Positions 51,271-59,206 of a stretch of DNA of 64,000 nucleotides are shown here, in pieces. Under the pieces are notes generated by a model, which saw only the letters and a list, made by a program, of their open reading frames with translations, did no database searches and was not told where the DNA came from. The position numbers and the translations under genes were made by a program. The stretch comes from Eubacterium sp. Its GTDB lineage: Bacteria > Bacillota > Clostridia > Lachnospirales > Lachnospiraceae. Numbering within the stretch: position 1 is the first letter of the stretch; each line of letters starts with the position of its first letter. Location: positions 10,853 through 74,852 of the forward strand of contig JAFUDC010000138.1 of the NCBI GenBank assembly GCA_017459345.1, read 5' to 3'.

Positions 51271-52140
51271 TCAGTCAGCCTTGCCGATAGAACCGAATAC
51301 TTCCATCTTTTCTTTTACTTTAGCCTTGATGGCTTCGAAACCAGGAGCTAAAAGCTTACGCGGGTCATAGCCCTTACCCTGCTGATCCTTACCTTCCTCG
51401 ATGTACTTGCGGGTAGCTTCGGCAAATACCAGCTGGCACTCTGTGTTAACGTTGATCTTGGAAACACCAAGGTTGATGGCCTTCTTAACCATGTCATCCG
51501 GAAGTCCTGTGCCGCCGTGCAGTACCAGAGGCATATCTCCGGTCAGCTGCTGGATGGCGTCTAATACATCAAACTGCAGTCCCTTCCAGTTTGCCGGATA
51601 CTTGCCGTGGATATTGCCGATACCTGCTGCCAGCATGGTGATTCCCAGGTCAGCAATCTTCTTGCACTCCTGAGGATCTGCGCACTCGCCCATACCGATG
51701 ACGCCATCTTCTTCTCCGCCGATGGAACCAACTTCTGCCTCGATGGACATACCCTTCTCTTCGCAGATAGCTACTAACTCTTTGGTCTTCTCCACATTCT
51801 CTTCAAATGGAAGGGAGGAGCCGTCAAACATGATGCTGGAGAAACCAGCCTCGATACAAGCCTTGGCTCCTGCATAGGAACCGTGGTCAAGATGAAGAGC
51901 AACAGGAACGGTAATCTTAAGCTCCTCGAGCATACCGTTTACCATGCCCACAACAGTCTTATAGCCGGCCATGTATTTGCCTGCGCCCTCGGAAACAGCA
52001 AGCATAACAGGCGATCTCTGCTCTTCAGCAGTTAAAAGGATAGCCTTTGTCCACTCCAGGTTGTTGATATTGAAGGCACCTACTGCGTAATGTCCTGCTT
52101 TTGCCTTCTGTAACATTTCTTTTGCTGATACTAAAGCCAT
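51271..52140 (-). CDS. fba: Class II fructose-1,6-bisphosphate aldolase
   Basis: AFNINNLEW, ALHLDHG, GIGNIHG, LHGGTG and KINVNT. Confidence 0.95.
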   Translation of the reverse strand: MALVSAKEMLQKAKAGHYAVGAFNINNLEWTKAILLTAEEQRSPVMLAVSEGAGKYMAGYKTVVGMVNGMLEELKITVPVALHLDHGSYAGAKACIEAGFSSIMFDGSSLPFEENVEKTKELVAICEEKGMSIEAEVGSIGGEEDGVIGMGECADPQECKKIADLGITMLAAGIGNIHGKYPANWKGLQFDVLDAIQQLTGDMPLVLHGGTGLPDDMVKKAINLGVSKINVNTECQLVFAEATRKYIEEGKDQQGKGYDPRKLLAPGFEAIKAKVKEKMEVFGSIGKAD

Positions 52141-52309
52141 AATAATTGTACCTCCTAAATAAATATTATTGAAATTATTATACCCTCTTTTTACATAAAA
52201 ATAAAGGGATAAAATTATGATTCTTAGTGATTCTTTTCTGTGTGCTGTTCAGAAGCCGCCCGCAATCCCGGAAGGCTCCGGCTGTCTGAGCCGGGTATGG
52301 TAATCCGAC

Positions 52310-53056
52310 TTACCGGAACTCCAGGCCGAACTTCTCGATCAGCCGGGCTCTCTCAGCCATATAGACCTTGTTCTGTTTGTCCTGAACCAGCTTCTGGCCA
52401 ATCTGCTCTGCCACATTCTCAAATGGGGCGGTACCTGCCGGTGTTAATTCATCTACACGGATCAGGTGCCAGCCGAACTGGGTTTTCACCGGCCCCATGA
52501 TCTGGCCGATTTCCGGGTCGTTAAAGACTGCCTCGTCGAACTCTTTTACCATCTGGCCCCGGCCGAAGCTGCCCAGGTCACCGCCCTTGGCAGAAGAAGG
52601 GCAGGTGGATTTCTCTTTGGCCACATCCTCAAAGCTTTTTCCGTCCTTGATCTCCTCCAGGGCAGCCAAAGATGCCTCTTTTGTATCGGTCAGGATGTGA
52701 TGGGCCTTCGCCTGGCCGCCGGTCTGGAACTGGGAAGGATTCTGCTCATAATAGCTCCGACACTCCTCTAAGGAAGCAGTGATGTCCTTGACTGCCTGGG
52801 TCAGGGCATACTGGCTGAGCAGGTCCCTTCTGGCCCCTGCAAGAATCTCCTGGAATTCCTCCGTGGTATCATATCCCTTTTCCTCACCCAGCTTCTCAAA
52901 CAGAAAATAGTTGGCATACTGGATAAGAGCCTGCTGCCGTCCCTCAGCTGTCTTAACATATTGCTGCTGCTGAGCCGGGATTCTGGTCAGGAATTCGTTA
53001 AACTCTTTTTCCGTGATTTCGTGGCCTGCGGCCACGGCGATGATTTTATCTGCCAT
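52310..53056 (-). CDS. Parvulin-type peptidyl-prolyl isomerase
   Basis: HHIL, STCPSSAKGGDLGSFGRGQMVKEF and TQFGWHLI. Confidence 0.9.
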   Translation of the reverse strand: MADKIIAVAAGHEITEKEFNEFLTRIPAQQQQYVKTAEGRQQALIQYANYFLFEKLGEEKGYDTTEEFQEILAGARRDLLSQYALTQAVKDITASLEECRSYYEQNPSQFQTGGQAKAHHILTDTKEASLAALEEIKDGKSFEDVAKEKSTCPSSAKGGDLGSFGRGQMVKEFDEAVFNDPEIGQIMGPVKTQFGWHLIRVDELTPAGTAPFENVAEQIGQKLVQDKQNKVYMAERARLIEKFGLEFR

Positions 53057-53161
53057 GTTTTTGTTGTCCTCCTTGAAAATATATCAGATGGGAGATACAA
53101 TCTTCCATCTGCCTTTGCATCTTACTATTCCACCTGCAAAGGAAAATGTCAATGATATTTT

Positions 53162-53208
53162 ACTGAAATTAATTTCAATATTTTTTTTGCCATAAAATGA
53201 GTTACAAT
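53162..53208 (+). promoter_or_regulatory. Operator (53162-53179) and -10 box upstream of SorC regulator 1
   Basis: ACTGAA-ATTAAT-TTCAAT; TACAAT starts 24 nt after the site ends. Confidence 0.65.
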
Positions 53209-53297
53209 AAAAGGTATGGATTATATAGAAAGATGCAGATACTGAGAAATGAATGTAAAGATATAGTTACTGAGATAAGAGGAGGTTATGATAAAGG

Positions 53298-54269
53298 ATG
53301 AAGGGCGAAGTATACAGTCAGTCAACCTGTATCGTCAGTGCTGTGGCCTACCAATACTATGTATTAGGAAAGAAGCGCACGGAAATTGCTGAGAGTGTGG
53401 GCCTGTCCCCTGCCACATTGTCCAGGCTGCTGCGCAGGGCCAGGGAAGAAGGAATCATCGAGTTCCACATCACGGAGCCATATTTAAGCTGCTGCCAGAT
53501 GGAAGAGGAGCTTGCAGACCAGTTCGGCTTAAAATGCGCTATCGTGGTGCCTGTGCCTGAACAGTACAGGGAGGATAAGGAAAGAGTGAAGAAGCTGGTT
53601 GCCCTGGAGGGTGCCAGATACATACAGAGGATCATCAATGACGGGGATATCATCGGACTGAACTGGGGAGGGACTATGTATCACCTGATCCAGTACTTAA
53701 ATCCCTGCAGAAAGGTTCCGGCCAGCATCATCACCATGCATGGCAGTATCGAGCACAGCGTCAAGAAGTTCCAGGCCAAGTCCCTGGTCCGCCGGGCGGC
53801 CATGTCCTTCGGAGGGTCTACCCTGGTTACCGCTGCTCCGGGTCTCTCCACCTCCCCTGAGGAGCATGAGAAGGTTCTTTCCAGCCCGGAATATCAGAAG
53901 CTGCAGAAAATGTACAGCAAGATTGATATCTCTGTCAGCGGGGTCGGCTCCATCTTTCCAGAGTTTGATTCCCCCCTGGTTACCTCCGATTTCCTGAACA
54001 AGGAAGAGCTCGATGAGGTGATGGCCCAGAAACCGGCCTGTGATTTTCTGCTCCGCTTTTTTAATGAACAGGGGGAGGAGTGTCATACATCAATATCAGA
54101 TCGAACAGTTTCGATTCCTGTTGATGTCTATAAGAAGATTCCCACCAGGATCGTGGTGGCCTCCGGAAAGGCCAAGGCTCATGCCATCATGTCCCTCTTA
54201 AATGGTGACCTGGTGGATGTGCTGATTATAGATAAAGACCTGGCAGATGCCGTGGTTGACCTGACCTGA
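53298..54269 (+). CDS. SorC/DeoR(Bacillus)-family sugar-binding transcriptional regulator 1
   Basis: N-terminal HTH YQYY...EIAESVGLSPATLSRLLRRAREEGII, plus IGLNWGGT, GVGS and a C-terminal VLIID. Confidence 0.88.
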   Translation: MKGEVYSQSTCIVSAVAYQYYVLGKKRTEIAESVGLSPATLSRLLRRAREEGIIEFHITEPYLSCCQMEEELADQFGLKCAIVVPVPEQYREDKERVKKLVALEGARYIQRIINDGDIIGLNWGGTMYHLIQYLNPCRKVPASIITMHGSIEHSVKKFQAKSLVRRAAMSFGGSTLVTAAPGLSTSPEEHEKVLSSPEYQKLQKMYSKIDISVSGVGSIFPEFDSPLVTSDFLNKEELDEVMAQKPACDFLLRFFNEQGEECHTSISDRTVSIPVDVYKKIPTRIVVASGKAKAHAIMSLLNGDLVDVLIIDKDLADAVVDLT

Positions 54270-54299
54270 GAAGAATCTTTAAGATGCCGTGGTTTTTTT

Positions 54300-54347
54300 A
54301 GTGAAATAATTTTCTATATTTTCTTTTTCGATTTCTGAGTTTATAAT
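54300..54347 (+). promoter_or_regulatory. Operator (54300-54317) and -10 box upstream of the RuBisCO-like gene
   Basis: AGTGAA-ATAATT-TTCTAT; TATAAT at 54342 is 25 nt after the site; the -35 position (TTTTCT) is poor. Confidence 0.7.
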
Positions 54348-54423
54348 GGCATCATAAAGAAAATAACCTCTCATCGCAGAGGTGGAAACCCGATAAAGTG
54401 CAACAAATCACAGGAGGGAAATT

Positions 54424-55746
54424 ATGTTTGTAGATCCTATTGCAGTTCAGTACCCGGAAAGTCTTCAGAAAGACCATTTTGTCATTGCAACTTATTATTG
54501 TGCAACACCCCTTGACACCAACGCTTTAAAGTTTGCAGTAGCTCTTGGTATCGAGCAGAGCTGCGGTACCTGGGTTAAGGTTCCCGGTGAGACAGAGGAA
54601 GTTCGTGAGAGAAGTATCGCACGAGTTGTTGGTATCTATGAGACACCTACCTATTCCGTACGCATTCCTGAGGATGTGAAGAAGAGACACTTCATCATCC
54701 GTATCGCCTTCCCGGCATGGAACTTCGGACCATCCTTCTCCATGATGCTTTCCACCGTAATCGGCAACATCTCCAGTTCAGGAGAGGTTAAGCTTCTTGA
54801 CCTTGAGTTCCCGGAGACCTATCTTAAGAACTTCCAGGGTCCCAAGTTTGGTGTTCAGGGCCTTCGTGATCTCTTAGGCGTACAGGACAGACCGCTTCTT
54901 AACAACATGATTAAGCCATGTACCGGTCTTGATCCTCAGGCAACCGCAAAGTTCGCATATGATGCAGCTTTAGGCGGAATCGATGTCATCAAGGATGATG
55001 AGCTTGTTGCCAATCCTCCATACTGCCCGCTGGAAGACCGTGTTAAGGCTGTTATGCCGGCAGTGAAGGAAGCAGACAAGATCAAAGGCGAGAAGACCTT
55101 ATATGCATTCAACATCACAGACAGAACAGAGAACCTGAAGAAGAACGCCATGACCGTTATCGAGAACGGCGGTAATGCACTTCTGCTTAACTACAACAGT
55201 ATCGGACTGGATGCCTGCCGCATGATCGCAGAGGATCCGGATATCAATGTTCCGCTGCTGGCACATTCCGATTACACAGGTGCTGTTTATGAGTCTCCAT
55301 GGTCCGGCGTAAGCCTGAACCTGATCGGAGCTATCTTCCCGAGAATGGCTGGTATGGATATGGTTATCGCCCTTTCTCCATACGGTAAGTTCCCGATGAT
55401 GGAAGACGCTTTCATCTATGGCGGATATAAGATGCTTCAGCCATTCGGCCACATTAAGCCAATCATGCCGATGCCGGGCGGTGGAACCACACAGGGCCAC
55501 ATCCAGGATATCATCGACAAGTTCGGTACTGACGTCATGATCGCAGCCGGCGGAGCTGTTCACGGACATCCCATGGGATCCACCGCCGGTGCCAAGGCAT
55601 TCCGCCAGGGTATCGACGCTGTTATGGAGGGTCAGGATTTAAGAGCTGCTGCTGAGTCCGGCAAGTATCCGGAACTTAAGGCTGCTATCGATGCATGGGG
55701 CATCTATGGCGAAGACCAGGGTAAGATCTTCGATCTTAAGGGATGA
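54424..55746 (+). CDS. RuBisCO-like protein (form IV RLP)
   Basis: EQSCGTW, IGN, IKP, GGIDVIKDDE (carbamylation motif), YGKF, PGGG and AAGGAVHGHP. Several RuBP-specific residues are substituted; no small subunit or PRK is present. Confidence 0.9.
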   Translation: MFVDPIAVQYPESLQKDHFVIATYYCATPLDTNALKFAVALGIEQSCGTWVKVPGETEEVRERSIARVVGIYETPTYSVRIPEDVKKRHFIIRIAFPAWNFGPSFSMMLSTVIGNISSSGEVKLLDLEFPETYLKNFQGPKFGVQGLRDLLGVQDRPLLNNMIKPCTGLDPQATAKFAYDAALGGIDVIKDDELVANPPYCPLEDRVKAVMPAVKEADKIKGEKTLYAFNITDRTENLKKNAMTVIENGGNALLLNYNSIGLDACRMIAEDPDINVPLLAHSDYTGAVYESPWSGVSLNLIGAIFPRMAGMDMVIALSPYGKFPMMEDAFIYGGYKMLQPFGHIKPIMPMPGGGTTQGHIQDIIDKFGTDVMIAAGGAVHGHPMGSTAGAKAFRQGIDAVMEGQDLRAAAESGKYPELKAAIDAWGIYGEDQGKIFDLKG

Positions 55747-55826
55747 TCTTAAGTCTGATTTGAGAATTTTTGATTAGCCTGTTTGTATAACTTATCATGA
55801 CATCATAGATTTTAGCTGACAGTATG

Positions 55827-55869
55827 AACAGCTGCAGGGTATCCGTTAGGATGCCTTGCAGCTGTTTTT
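55827..55869 (+). terminator. Intrinsic terminator after the RLP gene
   Basis: AACAGCTGCA...TGCAGCTGTT stem plus a T run. Confidence 0.75.
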
Positions 55870-55894
55870 CGTCTCTGAGGATAAAAGGGACAGA

Positions 55895-55923
55895 TTGACG
55901 TACTATTCAGAATCCTATATAAT
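55895..55923 (+). promoter_or_regulatory. Near-consensus promoter of SorC regulator 2
   Basis: TTGACG-17 nt-TATAAT; no copy of the 18-bp operator is adjacent. Confidence 0.7.
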
Positions 55924-55982
55924 TATGAGTAAAGTTTTCGCTCGTAGATGGGGTTTAATATATAACAGGGGGGCAGGATTCT

Positions 55983-56948
55983 ATGGATAAGGTTGTATAC
56001 AGCCAGTCAGTCTGTCTGATGAATGAGATACTGGAGATGTATTATCTAAGCGGCATGACCCAGCAGAAGATTGCGGCCAGGCTGAATCTGTCCAAGCCCA
56101 CTGTCTCCAGGCTTCTTAAGAGTGCAGAGAAGAACAATATGCTGTCTGTTTCCATCAGAGAGCCTTATCTGGACTGTCTGAAGCTGCAGAAGGAGTTTTC
56201 TGCCATCTATCCCGGGATTAAGATCTATGTCGTGCCTGTTCTTAAGGATTATGAGAAGAATCATAAGATGACGGTTGCCATTGAGGGAGCCAGGCATGTG
56301 CAGAGGATGCTTCAGGATAACCAGACCCTGGGTGTCGCCTGGGGCGGTACCATCCATTATATGATTCAGACCCTGAACCCCTGCCAGAAGAAGAATATCT
56401 CTGTTGTGACTCTGCACGGGGAGATTTCCAGATGCGGGGATGAGTATGATGTGGACGAGCTGGTAAAGCGGGCCGCCATGTCCCTCGGAGGCAAGCAGTA
56501 CATTTTCGGTCAGTCGGGTTATTTTCCCTCGGAAGAAGCCCTGAGGGATTACTATGAAGATGTCAATTATAAGAAACTTCAGAGGATATTTGAGAAGATC
56601 GATCTGTCTGTCATCGGTGCGGGATGCTGGGGAAGGGTCATGACATCGCCTCTGACACCACCCATCACTGACTACATTTCTCCGGAGGAGTTTAAGGAGA
56701 TTCAGGAGAAGGATGTGGCGGCAGACATCATGCTGCATTATGTCAACAGGCAGGGGGAGGAAATCGACAGTGAGATCAGGAAGAGAACCCTGTCCATTGA
56801 CCTGGATATCTACAGGAAGATTCCCTGCAAGATAGCCCTCCTGTCCGGAGTGGAGAAGGTGAAGGCTCTGCAGGCTGTCATCAATGGCGGTTATGCCGAT
56901 GTGATCTACTGTGATTATGAGCTGGCGAAAAAATTGTATTATATGTAA
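55983..56948 (+). CDS. SorC-family sugar-binding transcriptional regulator 2
   Basis: YYLSGMTQQKIAARLNLSKPTVSRLL and LGVAWGGT; colinear with regulator 1 (shared VYSQSxC and NPCxK). Confidence 0.88.
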   Translation: MDKVVYSQSVCLMNEILEMYYLSGMTQQKIAARLNLSKPTVSRLLKSAEKNNMLSVSIREPYLDCLKLQKEFSAIYPGIKIYVVPVLKDYEKNHKMTVAIEGARHVQRMLQDNQTLGVAWGGTIHYMIQTLNPCQKKNISVVTLHGEISRCGDEYDVDELVKRAAMSLGGKQYIFGQSGYFPSEEALRDYYEDVNYKKLQRIFEKIDLSVIGAGCWGRVMTSPLTPPITDYISPEEFKEIQEKDVAADIMLHYVNRQGEEIDSEIRKRTLSIDLDIYRKIPCKIALLSGVEKVKALQAVINGGYADVIYCDYELAKKLYYM

Positions 56949-56961
56949 GTGTTATTCGAGG

Positions 56962-56986
56962 ACCCGGTTTTTTCCGGGTCTTTTCA
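56962..56986 (+). terminator. Intrinsic terminator after SorC regulator 2
   Basis: GACCCGG/CCGGGTC plus TTTT. Confidence 0.7.
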
Positions 56987-57264
56987 TATTAGCTCTACCT
57001 GATTATTGCGGGAAAAAATTAAAAAGAGAGTATGCTCTCCGTAAAAAGAAGTTTGCATTGTCAGTGTGGGAAGAGTTGGTTTTTGAAGTTTCATAAGAAA
57101 TAAAAAATGGTATCATATATAAGACTTTCTTCGTATAAAAAAATAATCCGCGTAAGCATTACTTAATATAATCCAGGATGGATATCCCCCGGGACAGCCG
57201 AATTTCTTGTGCAAATGTTACAATTTTAACAATATATTTTCTTTTAAAAGCCGCAATTTATCCT

Positions 57265-57312
57265 ATTGAAATTTATTTCACTCTGTGCATAAATATATCT
57301 TCAAGTTATAAT
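57265..57312 (+). promoter_or_regulatory. Operator (57265-57282) and -10 box upstream of the cupin-dehydrogenase-kinase genes
   Basis: ATTGAA-ATTTAT-TTCACT; TATAAT at 57307 is 25 nt after the site. Confidence 0.7.
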
Positions 57313-57346
57313 TAATTCATAAGCAGCAAATCTGAGGTGACTCTTT

Positions 57347-57682
57347 GTGAAAATCTGGGATAGAAAGATTTCTGAATTGAATATGGACCAGTCAAAGCAG
57401 GAACTATTATCGGCGGAGGGAGGTTACACGATCTCCCTGATATGCTTCGACAGGGGTCAGATAGAAAGAAGGCATGTTCATCGTATTATCAATGAAGTCT
57501 TTTTTGTACTTGGCGGCAGAATAGATATCATTGTGGATGACTGCAGGTACACTTTGGAAAGCGGCCAGATGGTTTATCTGGAGGCCGGAGATATCCATTC
57601 CCTGGAGAATGTTTACCAGGAGGAGGCCCGGCTGCTGCAGATCAAAACCAGGCTGGAAATTGAAGATTATACAGAATTATAG
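57347..57682 (+). CDS. Small cupin-domain protein
   Basis: GTG start after GAGG; HVHRIINEVFFVLGG and GDIHSLEN match cupin metal motifs 1 and 2. Confidence 0.75.
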   Translation: MKIWDRKISELNMDQSKQELLSAEGGYTISLICFDRGQIERRHVHRIINEVFFVLGGRIDIIVDDCRYTLESGQMVYLEAGDIHSLENVYQEEARLLQIKTRLEIEDYTEL

Positions 57683-57763
57683 CTGTGATTATCTGTAACT
57701 GATAACGGTACAGACTTTGAAATCACTTAGTGATTATCTATGATGAAAGGGGAGGCTGATGAT

Positions 57764-59068
57764 ATGGATGTACAGGAACTCTTGAAAAAAGGTACATTTG
57801 ATTGTGAGTGCGGCAGAACCCACCAATGTGATACCAAGCATCTGCTGGTGGGCAGGGGAGTGCTTGAGCAGATCCCGGGCCTGCTTAGGGAGGATGGCAT
57901 CACACATGTCTGCGTCCTGTCTGATGGCAATACCAGACCCTTATGCGGTGCTAAGGTGATCGACCTGCTTAAGGCAGATGGGGTTACCGTGGATGAGGCT
58001 TATTTTGACCAGACTGAGGTTGTGGTCCCGGATGAGAAGTCCATAGCCTATGCGGACTCCTTTATCAAAGACGGCGCACAGCTGGTGATCGGCGTGGGCG
58101 GCGGCGTGATGAACGACCTGAGCAAATATGTGGCTTATGAACATGATATTCCAAGTATGATCGTGGCCACAGCCCCCTCCATGGATGGCTTTGCAGCCAG
58201 CGGGGCTGTTATGTTGTTAAAGGGTCTCAAGGTGACGGTAAACCGCCGGGCTCCCCGCTTTATCGTGGGTGAGCTGGATATCCTGAAGGATGCCCCCATC
58301 GATATGATCCGGTCCGGTATCGGTGATACTCTGGGCAAGTACTCCGCTCTAAGCGACTGGAAGCTTGCTATCCTCATGGGGGAGGAGGAGCCCTGTCAGA
58401 TGATCTATGATCTGGTGGAGGAATCCCTCACCAATTGTGCCAATAATATTGACGCCATTATGAGGAGAGACCCGGATGCCATCGGAAAGCTGATGGAAGG
58501 TCTGGCAGTAGTGGGTATTACCCTGGCTTATCAGAAGAGCTCCCGTCCCGCTTCCGGATCTGAGCACATGATTTCTCATTTCTTTGAGCTGACCTGCATT
58601 AAGAACCACCGCCCCTACTTCCCTCATGGAATCGATGTGGGCTATGCGGCTATCGTATCTGAGATTCTGAGGAAAAGGCTTTTGCAGGAAGATCCCGATA
58701 GCTTCGCATTCAGCTTTGATCGGGCTGCCTGGAGAGCCGGTCTTGAGGAATGTTTCTCCGATATGGCGGATGAGATCCAGAAGATGCAGGATGACAACGG
58801 AACCTATGAAAAGGACCGGTCCGGCTTCATCAGGGAGAACTGGGATACCATCCGGCCCATGCTGGAACAGACTCCGGGTGTGGACTTCATCCGGGAGAAG
58901 TTAAGAAGAGCCGGCTTCAACATTCAGGAATTTATCGATCTTTATGGCCTGGATCATATCAAGAACGCAGTGCGCTATGCATCGGATATCAAGACAAGAT
59001 ATACATTGCTCTCCCTGCTCAGTGATACAGGCTATCTGGAGCAATATGCTTCTGAACTTGAACTATAA
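57764..59068 (+). CDS. sn-glycerol-1-phosphate dehydrogenase-like (AraM/EgsA family)
   Basis: N-terminal CECGRTH, GVGGGVMNDLSK, TAPSMDG, GIGDTLGK, SRPASGSEH and HGIDV; start placed at ATG 57764. Confidence 0.85.
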   Translation: MDVQELLKKGTFDCECGRTHQCDTKHLLVGRGVLEQIPGLLREDGITHVCVLSDGNTRPLCGAKVIDLLKADGVTVDEAYFDQTEVVVPDEKSIAYADSFIKDGAQLVIGVGGGVMNDLSKYVAYEHDIPSMIVATAPSMDGFAASGAVMLLKGLKVTVNRRAPRFIVGELDILKDAPIDMIRSGIGDTLGKYSALSDWKLAILMGEEEPCQMIYDLVEESLTNCANNIDAIMRRDPDAIGKLMEGLAVVGITLAYQKSSRPASGSEHMISHFFELTCIKNHRPYFPHGIDVGYAAIVSEILRKRLLQEDPDSFAFSFDRAAWRAGLEECFSDMADEIQKMQDDNGTYEKDRSGFIRENWDTIRPMLEQTPGVDFIREKLRRAGFNIQEFIDLYGLDHIKNAVRYASDIKTRYTLLSLLSDTGYLEQYASELEL

Positions 59069-59206
59069 GACTTCACAAGTCCCTGATACTGCATAGATAA
59101 GATTAAACTTGCCATACTCTCTTCTTTTAAGAGGGAACAGGTTAATTCAATCAGATTCTGATGTATGCAGTTTAACATATACATTTTATATTAAAGGAGG
59201 TACATT

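Noticed and set aside
54424-55746. True carbon-fixing RuBisCO (form I-III)
   Set aside because: K177, R295, H327 and S379 equivalents are substituted, and no rbcS, prk or other Calvin-cycle genes are present; it is a form IV RLP.
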